From contig NC_091987.1 of NCBI RefSeq assembly GCF_044704955.1, positions 205,778,001 to 205,842,000 of the forward strand: a stretch of DNA of 64,000 nucleotides, written 5' to 3'. The position numbers were made by a program, and so were the translations under genes. This stretch comes from Pristiophorus japonicus (taxonomy: Eukaryota). A model generated the notes under the pieces. That model saw only the letters and a program-made list of their open reading frames with translations, was not told the DNA's origin and ran no database searches. Of the stretch, positions 12,040 through 23,738 are shown piece by piece; position 1 is the first letter of the stretch, and each line of letters opens with the position of its first letter.

Positions 12040-12795
12040 TGATCAAAGTCATGAGGAAGAACCTTTTTACACAACGAGTGGTTAGGATTTGGAATGTGCT
12101 GCCTGATACGGTTGTGGAGGCAGATTCAATAGTAGCCTTCAAAAGGGAACTGGATAAATGCTTGAAGGAGAAAAAAATTGCAAGGATATGGGGAAAGAGC
12201 AGGGGAGCGGGACTGACTGGGTTGCTCTTCAAAAGAGCCGGCACAGACACGATGGGCCGAATGGCTTCCTTCTGTGCTGTACTAGTCTATGGTTCTGTGA
12301 AAAAGTTTACACAGCATGTCTAAAAAAGACATGGAAATTGTGTGTCTTTACATAGGATTACATCGGACATACGACACAGAAACAGGTCATTTGGCCCAAC
12401 CAGTCCATGCCAGTGTTTAAGCTCCATTCGAGCCTCCTCCTGTCTTTCCTCATCTAAATCTATCAGCATAACCCTCTATTCCCTTCTCCCTTATATGCTT
12501 GTCTAGCCTCCCCTTCAATGTATCTATATTATTCGCTTCAACCACTCCCTGTGGTAGCGAGTTCCACATTCTCACCACTCTTTGGGTAAAGAAGTTTCTT
12601 CTGAATTCCCGATTGGATTTCTTGGTGACTATCTTATATTGATCACCTCTAGTTTTGCTCTTCCTCAAGTGGAAACATTCTCTCTGTATCCACTCTATCA
12701 AAACCTTTCATAATTTTAAAGACCTCTATTAGGTCACCCCTCAGCCTTCTTTTTTAAAGAGAAAAGAGACCCAGTCTGTTCATCCTTTCCTTTAT
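12040..12795. mobile_element. Two CR1 3' fragments, tail to tail (12040-12295 plus; 12365-12795 minus)
   Basis: FTQRVVRIWN / FTQRVVRMWNSLP motifs on opposite strands. Confidence 0.8.
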
Positions 12796-13495
12796 AGTCT
12801 GTGAATAAATCCAATGCCCCTGTTTGTTGTTTGCTAATAGCTCCTCTGTAATTCTCACAGAACCAATACGCCCTTGTCACACCCATGGTTATCCCAAATT
12901 CTTCACATTGTTTACCAGCTGAAAACCCCAACTTATTTAGAATCATTCATTATTAACCTCAGCTTTACCCCTCCCCCCAAAAAATTCCGTGTTAAAACAA
13001 GCTTTAGACAGCAGTTTTACATACACACAGACAAACTTTTACAAAGTTTTCACATCATCTGAGTTGCAGAGGTGTAATATTCAGTTCACGGTTACTTCAG
13101 ATAGGTTAATAAAATATTAAGCGTCCCTTCATTTGAAACTTTTGTGCTTACAATAAATGCTCCATTCCCTCTCTCTGGCCTGAAAAACAGCAATGAGAGC
13201 TAAATATTTAAAAGACGAGTCAGGCCCCGGATCTCCTAATCGAGCTCATATTTCCAAAAGGCTTTAAAAAAAAGCGCAGCAAGTCTGAGCAATCTTCACA
13301 GATTTAAAAAAACATGTCTTGCTCTTGTAACTGATCAATCAGGAAATTGACAATGGAATCGAAATAGACGCGCATTTAACTTTGACAGGACTTCGAGCAC
13401 TGGCTGCTTACTGAAGTAGATCAATTGTAGGCACGGCTCCGAAAACTTTCAAAGCGCAAATAACTACGTCTATTTAAAACATTAAAGAATCTTAC

Positions 13496-13527
13496 TTGGT
13501 TGTGCAGAGGCGGAGGACGTTTCCCAT
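13496..13527 (-). CDS. C11orf52: C11orf52 orthologue, coding exon 1 (32 nt)
   Basis: gcaATGG strong Kozak context, MGNVLRLCTT+AA|gtaaga. MGN...C start as in human. Lies in a CpG-rich stretch. The four exons total 351 nt = 116 aa + stop. Confidence 0.87.
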
Positions 13528-13529
13528 TG

Positions 13530-13880
13530 CCTCCTCGGCGTCGTGCCATCAACACTCCCCTGTCGCTGCTTCGCGTCAGTTGCCGGGAGTAAAGTTTGTG
13601 CGACTTTTATTTCCTTATTTACTCCGTACCGTTCTGGTACGGAGACAGGTGACTGGGAAAAGACTGGTCGCGATTTACCGTCTACTAAATGTAGAACTAG
13701 CAAGGGACGGGTAAAGGTACCAGCAAGTCTAGGGAAAAGGGGGCTTTTATATATTCACCAACAGCAGGTGTACCATCTATTTCTATCCAGCATTTTTCTG
13801 ATCATGATTTCAATCCTTCCGATTTATTTTTTCCTTTCCCGTCGCTGTGCGTGTTTGCTTTACGTGTTAGAGAGAGGCGG
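13530..13880 (-). promoter_or_regulatory. C11orf52 promoter/5'UTR: CpG-rich region with TATA box
   Basis: TATATAAAAG on the minus strand at 13753-13744, about 220 nt upstream of the ATG. Local CpG enrichment relative to the flanks. Confidence 0.6.
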
Positions 13881-14194
13881 GGATTATATTTTTACAAATG
13901 TCAATTTCACAATATTTCAGGTTCATGTAGAAGAGCAGAACGAACTGTACAAAGGAAAATATTTGGCTCATGTGAACTTTATTTAACCCCAGCTTCCTTT
14001 GCCTTTATTAGTTGCTTCTTCTTTGGCCTCAGTAGAGGGCGTCCTTTCCTCTCCAAACTGGACACATGATTGAAGATGATGTTTGAGATGCAATGCTTTC
14101 TTCCTTCCCTAGGTCCTAATGCTCACCATGGTATCGCTCAGGTGTCTATACCCATTGAATGACACCTGATGGCTATATGACTTTTGTTTGCTCT

Positions 14195-15220
14195 CCGAGC
14201 TGGCCTCCCACGTTCTACCCTCCGTAAACTTGAGCTCATCCAAAACGCGGCTGCCCATGTCCTAACTCGCGCCAACCTCCTTCACCCATCACCCCTGTAC
14301 TCGCTGGCCTACATTGGCCCCTGGTTAAGCAACGCCTAGATTTTAAAATTCTCATCCTTTGTATTCAAATCCCTCCATGGCCTCGCCCCCTCCCTATCTC
14401 TATAATCTCCTCCAGCCCCACAACCCTCCAAGATATCGGCGCCCCTCTAATTCTGGCCTCTTGTGCATCCCCAATTTTAATCACTCCACCATTGGTGCCC
14501 GTGCCATCAGCTGCCAAGGTCCAAAGCTCTGGAATTCCCTGCCTATACGTCTCTGCCTCTCTACCTCTCTTCCTTTAAGATGCTCCTTTAAACCTACCTC
14601 TTCGGCTAACCTTTTGGTCACCTGCCCTAATTTCTCCTTATGTGGCTTGGTCTCAGATTTTGTTTTATAACGCTCCTGTGAAGCGCCTTGGGATGTTTTA
14701 CTACGTTAAAGGCGCTATATAAATACAAATAGTTGATGTTGTTGTACTACTTTAGTCCTGTTCATATATGGATAGGTATAAGTATCTCTGTCCCTGCAGG
14801 CTTACATTGGCTCCTGGTCCTCCTCCAACACTTGCCATTTAGAATTCTCATTGTCATATCTAAATCCTATCATGGCCTAGTTCCTCCCAATATCAAACTT
14901 TCCCCAGTCTACAAACCTCCTCCCTCAGCACTCTTCATTCCTCTGCCACTGGCCTCTTTCTCATCTCCTCTCTCTTCACACCCCCCCCCCCCCTTTGGCG
15001 ACCATGCCTTCAGCTGTCTCCACACTACGCTCTGGAATTCCTTCCTTAAAATTCTCTGCCTCCCTCTCCTCCTTTAAAATCCTTCTTAAAACCAACCTCG
15101 TTGACCAAGCTTTTGATCACTCATCCTAATATCTGTGTCTTTGGCTCCACGTCCATTTTTGTCTGATTATTTTTGTGTCTCAGGACATTTTCTACTTTAA
15201 AGCCCATCTATAAATGCAAA
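14195..15220 (+). mobile_element. Two tandem L2-like LINE 3' fragments
   Basis: LHWL..., KLWNSLP motifs and the tail ggcgctatataaatacaa..gttgttg. Confidence 0.8.
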
Positions 15221-15227
15221 TATGGTA

Positions 15228-15245
15228 GCAGTCATGGCTTAGTTT

Positions 15246-15279
<34 letters not shown>

Positions 15280-15685
15280 GTTCAAGTTCCACTGCAGAGA
15301 CTTGAGCACTAAAATATAGGCTGACACTCCTGTGCAGTACTGAGGAAGTGATGCACTATTGGAGGTGCTGTCTTTTGGATGAGATGTTAAACTGCTCTCT
15401 TAGTTGGACGTAAAAGATCCTATGGCACTATATGAAGAAGAGCAGGGGAGTCATCCCCGGTGTCCTGGCCAATATTTATCCTTCAATCAACATCACTAGC
15501 AACAGATCATCTGGTTATTTATCACATTGCTGTTTGTGAATGTGAATCGAATTGGTGCAAATTGGCTGTTGCGTTTCCTACATTAGAATAGTGACAATAC
15601 TTCAAAAAAAGTACTTAATTGGCTGTAAATTGCTTTAGTACATCTTGAGATTGTGAAAGGTGCTATATAAATGCAAGTTTTTCTG
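15228..15685 (+). mobile_element. Deu-domain SINE, near full length
   Basis: tggcttagtttgtagc...gggttcaagttcc Pol III boxes, body and tail. Confidence 0.8.
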
Positions 15686-16354
15686 TTTTCTTAAATTGTT
15701 GTTTGAATAAGCCTGGATGCTGCCTTAATGGACTTTACAATTTATACAGATAACATCCTTCCTCTTTGCATGACTATGACAGTGCAACTCTTATGTATTG
15801 AGCAATTGATATTGATGGATAATAATTACCAAAACTTTTGAGAAATTATTCCATCTTTGGTCACAAGTAATCAAAACAATTCAAATATAACCCATTTGAA
15901 ATTTTCCCTTCGAAACCTTTGAACCATGGAAACTATATCCTTATCTTGAGAATATAATAAAAAGCTTGTGCCAATTGTGGATGTCTGTTTTTCAAATGTG
16001 CTTCTTGTATCACGATTTTCTCACACCTGGGTAACACCAAGAAACTCTTTCGAAACTGAGAGCAGGCACAGCTAGAAGTGCTGTTAAATTGAGAATCTAC
16101 TTGTCTTGCAGTCTTCCCAACACTAGATTATGCTGTTTTGCCTCTAAATCCCATCCACCAATTCCATGCACAGCCAGTCCCAAAGCATTGTTCCCAAAAA
16201 GAATATACAGAAACAACAAGACATACGAAAATACTAAAATGACAATATTTGTATGAGATGACTGGAATTAGTAGGCAAGGGGAGGAAAGGAGAGAGGGTG
16301 TCGAAGGAGGGAAGAGAAGTCTCTGGTTTAATGGATGTGAAATATCCTGATATG

Positions 16355-16634
16355 AAAGAAAGACTTACATTTATATAGTGCCTTTCATGACCACCGGATG
16401 TCTCAAAGTGCTTTACAGCCAGTGAAATAGTGCCATGGGATCTTTTACAGGGCAGACGGGGCTTCGGTTTAACATCTCATCCGAAAGATGGCACCTCTGA
16501 CAGTGCAGCACTCCCTTGGCACTGCATTGGAGTGTCAGCCTAGATTTATGTGTTCAAGTCCCTGGAATGGGACTTGAACCCACAGCCTTCTGACTCAGTG
16601 GCGAGGGTGTTACCCACTGAGCCATGGCTGACAC
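16355..16634 (-). mobile_element. Deu-domain SINE with internal deletion
   Basis: Head and tail present, middle missing. TSD-like atatgaa(a)gaaa on both sides. Confidence 0.8.
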
Positions 16635-17057
16635 TGACAATATGAAGAAATAGCTCTCTAAAAAGGAAGCTCATAAGTTGCAAACATCCAGATAAAACAA
16701 TACACTTGGACATACGAACGTACAAAAAAGATGGATAGGAAAAAAAAAATGAGCTGGTCCATCAAACCTTTCTCATAACGTAACACAATCTCCTAGGAGA
16801 GGGAAATAACAGAGAAAACACCCTAGACACGGCAGTGACTCCAGAGCAGGTCACCTATCTGTACTGTTAGTCAGGAAATAGTATGCTGGGTGGGAGTAAC
16901 ATCAAAAACAATGGAAGAAAACCACAAAAAAGAGGTGGAAAGGAAGAATGGTTGAACTATAGTAAAAAAAGAATGAAATAATAGAAATTACTTGGCAAAA
17001 TAGAACTAACGTGAATAGAGAATGGTGAATTCCTCTGCAAATGTTTTAAATTATTTT

Positions 17058-17460
17058 ACGGGAGTAGGCATCGCTGGCAAGGCCAACATTTATTGCCCAT
17101 CCCTAGTTGCCCTCTAGAAGGTGGTGGTGAGTTGCCTACTTTGAGTACAACTGAGTGGCTTGCTCATCCATTTTAGAGGGTAGTCAACCACATTGCTGTA
17201 GGTCTGGAGTCAGATATAGGCCAGACCAGGTAAGGACGGCAGATTTCCTTCCCTGAAGGACATTAGTGAACCAGATGGGGTTTTACGACAATCCAGTAGT
17301 TTCATGGTCACCATTATTAATACTAGCTTTTTGATTCCAGATTTATTTTTAATTAAATTTAAATTCTCCAGCTGCCATTATGGGATTTTAACTCATGTCT
17401 CCAGATCATTAGTCCAGGTCTCTGGATTACTAGTCCAGTAACACAACCTCTGTGGTGCCA
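17058..17460 (-). mobile_element. Second tRNA-derived SINE family
   Basis: Core gtcgtaaaaaccc.atctggttcactaatgtcctt.agggaagg. Tail shared with the LINE at 5068 and 50970. Confidence 0.7.
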
Positions 17461-17499
17461 TACCCGTATCATCATCTGAATAATCTGATGTTCTACGAA

Positions 17500-18735
17500 C
17501 AGGGTGGATAAAGGGGAACCAGTGGATGTGGTGCATTTGAACTTCCAGAAGACATTTGACAAGATGCCGCATAAAAGGTTACTGCATAAGATAAAAATTC
17601 ACGGGGTTGGGGGTAATATATTGACGTGGATAGAGGATTGGCTAACGAACAGAAAACAGAGAGTCGGGATAAATGGTTCATTCTCGAGTTGGCAATCAGT
17701 AACTAGTGGGGTGCCACAGGGATCAGTGCTGGGACCCCAACTATTTACCATCTATATTAATGACAGAAGAAGGGACCGAGTGTAACGTAGCCAAGTTTGC
17801 TGACGATAAAAAGATAGGAGGAAAACCAATGTGTGAGAAGGACACAATAAATCTGCAAAAGGACATAGACATGCTAAGTGAGTGGGCAAAAATGTGTCAT
17901 TCAAGTGGAGTATAATGTTGGAAAGTGTGAGGTCAGGCACTTTGGCAGAAAAAAATCAAAGAGCAAATTATTATTTAAATGAAGAAAGATTGCAAAGTGC
18001 TGCAATACAGCATGATCTGGGGGTACTTGTGCATGAAACACAAAAGGTTAGTATGCAGGTACAGCAAGTGATCAAAAAGGTCAGTGGAACCTTGGCCTTT
18101 ATTGCAAAGGAATTGGCGTATAAAATCAGGGAAGTTTTGCTACAATTGTACAGGGTATTGGTGAGGCCGCACCTGGAATACTGTGTGCAGTTTCGGTTTC
18201 CATGTTTACGAAAGGATATACTTGCTTTGGAGGCAGTTCAGAGAAGGTTCACGAGGTTGATTCCAGAGATGACGGGGTTGACTTATGAGGAAAGATTGAG
18301 TAGGTTGGGCCTCTACTCATTGGAATTCAGAAGAATGAGGTGATCTTATCGAAACGTACAAGATTATGAGGGGGCTTGACAAGGTGGATGCAGAGAGGAT
18401 GTTTCCACTGATGGGGGAGACTAGAACTAGAGGGCATAATCTTAGAATAAGGAGCCACCCATTTAAAACTGAGATGAGGAGAAATGTCTTCTCTCAGAGG
18501 GTTGTGGATCTGTGGAATTCGCTGCCTCAGAGAGCTGTGGAAGCTGGGACTTTGAATAAATTTAAGACAGAAATAGACAGTTTCTTAAATGATAAGGTAA
18601 TAAGGGGTTATGGGGAGCGGGCGGGGAAGTGGAGCTGAGTCCATGATCGGATCAGCCACGATCGTATTAAATGGTGGAGCAGGCTCGAGGGGCCGTATGG
18701 CCTACTCCTGCTCCTATTTCTTACGTTCTTATGTT
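17500..18735 (+). mobile_element. CR1 LINE 3' fragment (degenerate RT)
   Basis: [23 protein letters not shown] across frameshifts, with a CR1 tail. Confidence 0.92.
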
Positions 18736-19213
18736 CTGTGACCTTCCTGATGATGACGATGCATCATTTTACAACATGGTGGCAAAGAAGTTAAAATATC
18801 CTTGTAATATAAAAAAATGCATAGGTGCAGGGGATTACAGGCAGAAATTTAGCCTAACTAATCACTCAACCTCCATCCACTTACATGAAGCAAAATGACA
18901 GTACTTTTTAAAATCTGTATTTTCTGCAGTTTGCCCTCACAACAACTTACACTGTTGTCCCAAGGGCAGCATGGTCAAGATAGAGACTTCTCGCAGTTTC
19001 TTTCAGTTCCCCTCCAGAGCTAACAGGAGCCCCACTCTACACAGTGGGCCTTGTTAATGGATAAATGTTACTCCCTACAGCTAGGCTCCCAGTGGTGCAT
19101 TGGGCAAATACACCATGTGGAAAGATCACTGGTTTGAGATCATTTAACCAATCGTAGCTGGAATGTCAGTGAAGGTGTCAGCATTGTTATTGATGTCTCT
19201 GGAATATGGAAGA

Positions 19214-19465
19214 TGTAACGTATGCACCTGTGAGTATGCTCACAGGTTTGGAGATGGAGCACGCGGCATCCACCAGTACGCTCGCGGCCTTCCGCGAGAG
19301 GTGGGCGCCGGAGGGACTGGAGTGCATCATCGCCCCCGGCAAGCAAATTTTAATTCGATGTTTTTTGTCTAAAGTTTAATTTGTTTCATTGTGCCGGTTT
19401 TAGTGCCCCCCCCTCCCCCCCATTTAGCCAGGGGGCACTTGTATAATTTGTGTTTTTAATGCCCT
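19214..19465 (+). mobile_element. LTR-like 5' end followed by Tx1-like 3' fragment
   Basis: TGTAACGTATGCACCTGTGAGTATGCTCAC, then sequence encoding LEMEHAASTSTLAAFRERWAPEGLECIIAPGKQILI. Confidence 0.6.
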
Positions 19466-19466
19466 C

Positions 19467-20140
19467 AAAATTTGACACCAAGCCACATAAGGAAAAATTA
19501 GGGCAGGTGATAAAAAGCTTGGTCAAAGAGGTATGTTTTAAGGAGCATTTTGAAAGAGGAAAGAGAGGTAGAGGCGGAGAGGTGTACGCAGGAAATTTCA
19601 GGGCTTGGGCCCAAGCAACAGAAGGCACGGCCACCAATGGTTGTGCGATTATAATCAGGGATGCTCAAGAGGGCAGAATTAGAGGAGCGCAGACATCTCA
19701 GGGGGTTGTGGGGCTGGAGGAGGTTACAGAGATAGGGATGGGTGAGGCCACGGAGGGATTTGAAAACAAGGATGAGAATTTTGAATCGAGGCGTTGCTTA
19801 ACCGGGAGCCAATGCAGCTCAGCGAGGACCGGGGACATGGTGCGAGTTAGGACACAAGCAGCCGAGTTTTGGATCGCCTCTAGTTTACGAGGAGTCGAAT
19901 GTGGGAGGCCAGCCAGGAGTGCGTTGGAATAGTCAAGTCGAGAGGTGGCAAAAGCATGGATGAGGGCTTCAGCAGCAGATGAGCTGAGGCAAGGACGGAG
20001 ACAGGCGTTGTTACGAAGGTAGAAATAGGCGGTCATAGTTATGCTGCAGATATGTGGTCGAAAGCTCATTTCAGGTTCAAAGGTTGCAAACAGTCTGGTT
20101 GAGCCTCAGACAGAAGTTGGGGAGAGTCTCAATACAACCC
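19467..20140 (-). mobile_element. L2-like LINE 3' fragment
   Basis: HAFATSRLDYSNALLAGLP...LEAIQNSAA...LHWLPVKQR. Confidence 0.85.
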
Positions 20141-20945
20141 TGTGTCTCCTTCATCCTTAAGGAGCCACATTTGCTTTGTCTCTCACGCCATGCAACACTC
20201 CCCCAGTGGAGGGGACAGGCAGATGACTTGCATAGTGCTTCTATGCATTTGGCAACTAAGAGGCACATGAATGCACACCTGTGTTATCTCTTTAGGAAAA
20301 TATGTTGCCTCCGCTGTGCACTTCCCCTGTAATGGTGGGCAGGAAATACAAAATGAATCACCATGCATAGAATTACAGACATACTCCATCACCACATCAC
20401 CTCATTCAATGCTTACTTAGCAAGTGCAGCAAAACCCTGAGCACAACATATTATTGCAATAAATAGCCTGAATACGGGATTGGCACGGCATGTGAGAATG
20501 ATCTAGAATTTGCAGCACCATTGATTTGGAGTTTTAATTCTGCTATTTGCTTCTTTTTAATAATTAATCCAGTTTGCATTCCTTCGCAGTCAGTTTCAGG
20601 CTTTCAAAGGTCAGTCTGCCTGAGAGCATTCAGTGAAACTGACAGAGCTGGCAAAGCAGTACTCATTACACATTTAAAAATTGTTTTAAAACGTAGAGTA
20701 CAAAATGAATAGCCTGGATATGCTTATTTGATACAATAAATGCAGACCTGAGAAAAATTTACATACAGCTTAACTCTTTACGGTTGCATCCACACTATAA
20801 CTGTAGCATTGCTGCAAAGCTGGTGCTACAGCTTTAGTGTAAATGCAGCTTGAAACTAGAGTCTGGGCCCAACCTGACACCAGAGTGATTCACATTTCAC
20901 AAGTTTAGCATCAGTGCAAATCCAAACCCCTCTGTACCAGTGACA

Positions 20946-21383
20946 ACCGTGGTTGGGTGGGTAGCCTCCTCGCCTCGGGCTCCAGAGACTTGAGCACAAA
21001 AATCTAGGTTGCCACTGCAGGGCAGTGCTGAGGGAGCATGGCACTGTCGGAGGTGCTGTCTTTCAGACGAGATGTTAAACCGAGGCCCCGTCTGCCCTCT
21101 CAGGTGGATGTAAAATATCTCATGGCACTATTTCGAAGAAGAGCAGGGGCGTTATCTCCGGTGTCCTGCCCAATATTTATCCCTCAATCAACATCACTAA
21201 AACAGATTATCTGGTCATTATCACATTGCTGTTTGGGGGAGCTTATTGTGTGCGAATTGGCTGTCGCGTTTCCCACATTACAACAGTGACTACACTCCAA
21301 GAGTACTTCATTGGCTATAAAGCACTTTGAGATGTCATGTGGTCATGAAAGGCACTATATAAATGCAAGTCTTTCTTTCTTTC
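20946..21383 (+). mobile_element. Deu-domain SINE
   Basis: Family body and (tttc)n tail. Confidence 0.8.
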
Positions 21384-22212
21384 TGGACATATAAAGGCCC
21401 ATATGATGTCCATATTAAAGACAATTCATATTTATTTTTTATTTTGCCTGCCTGAATTCTTACTGCAGATGGCCGCACTTTACCTTATAGGAATCTAAAC
21501 ATTCATTTTCCCATGGTTGTGTAAAATGCTTAATCAAAGTTTCATAAATGAATTTACTTAATTTCGTTCAGCCTACATGCATTTATCTACCCTGTTCCGA
21601 ACCAGTCCAGTGAAGTCCCTTCCAGTACAGACTTTTTATGTATCTCAAATATTGGCAGATTACAACAAGAGTTTCATTTCACACATTAGTCATTTTGGAA
21701 TAGCTGACAAATGCCTGGTGTTGGAATGCTGATATTCAGCATTTATGCCAGCGGAAGATTAAATGAAGAAGCCTATGTCAGTAGAAAACATCATCGGTAC
21801 ATTCAGATAAATCTGTTTTCTGTGAGAACTGAGTCTATAAACAACAGACTGACATTCTGCATTAGTACCAAACCACTGATAATCACAACAGCCTATTTTT
21901 TCAGAGTGAATGGTGAGGTTTAGGTCTATATCCACAACTAAGGTCAGGAAGTGTCAAGCATGCTAGTAGAATATGATATTATTTAAATTTTTTGTCTTGT
22001 TTCTCCTCACATTCTGTTGCATTCCAGATAAAAGAAATGAGCAAGTGGGTCATGAAATTCACATTTGAAATGTTTCAAAATGTAAAATATGATACACATC
22101 TAACAATATATAGGATAACATGTCTTGATGTATATTGTAAAATTCCTCATGACTCATCAAACAGAATTGAAATGTGCGTTTGCAAAAATAACTAGTACTA
22201 GATTTAGACTGG

Positions 22213-22588
22213 ATACAGTAGCATAGTGGTTATGTTTCTGGACTAGTAATCCAGATGCCTGGACTAATGATCTGGGAGACTCGAGTACAAAGCTCACCAC
22301 CGCAGTTGGGGAATTTAAATTCAATTAAATAAAAAAGCTAGTATCAGTAATGGTGAACAAAACTACTGGATTGTCGTAAAAGCCCACCTGGTTCACTAAT
22401 GTCCTTTCGGGAAGGAAATCTGCCGTCCTTACCCGGTCTGGCCTATATGTGATTCCATACCCACAGCAATGTGGTTGTCACTTAACTGCCCTCTAAAGTG
22501 ACCTAGCAAGTCACTCAGTTGTACCAAACCGCTACAAAGAAGTAGACTAAGAATCAAACTCCTCGAATTCCCTCCATAACAATACTGA
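22213..22588 (+). mobile_element. Second SINE family copy (tail continues at 23739-23875)
   Basis: gtagcatagtggttatg head. Interrupted by the TIR element. Confidence 0.7.
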
Positions 22589-23738
22589 GGGCCGAAATTT
22601 CCCCAGGAGTTGCTCCATTTTTTTGGAACAACTTGATTTTTCTGGAGTATAGTTTTAGTTGCAATTCTGGCCATTTAATTTGCGCCAGTGTAAGTGAGTT
22701 GGTTTTTTTTTTATTTTGTTTTTTTTTTCAAAAGGAGGCATTCCCAGCCACTTACGCTTGTTTTTGGCCATTTAAGCGAGTTTGGCCAGCAAATAGTTGT
22801 TCCAAACTAACTTAGGCCAGCGTATGTTGCCACTTCTGTCTGCACAGAAAAACCTTACCTAGAGTTAAAGAATCAGCGCAAGTAACTACATTTAAAGCAC
22901 CGCCAAGCACCAAACAAAGCACAAAGAGTAATAAGCATTCAATAAAAAATAAAGAACTGAAGTAATTAAATTTACAAATAAAGAACTGAAGTAAATCCTA
23001 CCTTCAACTAAACTTGGCAGTGGCTGGTCGTGCAGGAGTCCCTTCGGCCTGGGATAGGTGCAGGAGGATGCGGCATCTGAGGGGAGGGAGTGGCGGGGGG
23101 AGGGAGGGAGACGGCTCAACACAGCAAGCTGGGGGAGGGGTGTCTGGGGGTGGTGGGTGGTGAACGTGGCATCTTAATGGGGGGGGGGGGAGGGAAGAGA
23201 CCCACAGCGGGCCCACCTCAGCCGGTGCGGGAGCCCTCCCCCGCCGGATCAAAACTCTTCCCCCTCCACCCCGCCGGATCAAAACTTTTTCCCCCCCGCC
23301 CCCGCTGCCAAATCTCTTGCCCTCCCCCTCCCCCCCCCCCCCCGATCAAAACTCTTCCCCCCACCAACCTGTCTCTTGTAGCCCTCAGCATGGGAAGGCA
23401 GGGAACGGCCTGTGCGGCAGGCCACTCGGCCCGGGATAGGGACTGCAAGCGTCGGCCCCTCCCACACAGTCTGCATCACACACTCTCAGATTCTAGGGGC
23501 TCGGAGCTACTGCGCATGCACGCACACTCTAGCGCACATGTGCAGAGGTCCCGGCACTGTTTTCAGCGCCGGAACCTGGCTCCGCCCCCGAATCCAGTTG
23601 CCACGCTATGCCACCATGGAGGAGAGCCTGGGGAGCGGCCAAACTCGACCCGAAGACTTTTGGCGTCCTGGGAGTTCTACAAAAGTGGCGCACCTCTGGT
23701 GAGTGTGCCAGAAATCTGTACTGGCCAAATTTGGGCCC
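22589..23738. mobile_element. Non-autonomous DNA transposon, PIF/Harbinger-like
   Basis: TIRs GGGCCGAAATTT / AAATTTGGGCCC with 3-bp flanks TGA/TAA. It splits a SINE/LINE tail that rejoins across it. GC-rich low-complexity interior. Confidence 0.7.

Noticed and set aside
13482-14069. Cluster of short ORFs on both strands at the C11orf52 promoter
   Set aside because: By-product of GC-rich promoter sequence. Only the 32-nt MGN exon has splice and homology support.
15228-15300. tRNA genes
   Set aside because: The A/B-box sequences are SINE heads continuing into SINE bodies, with no complete cloverleaf.
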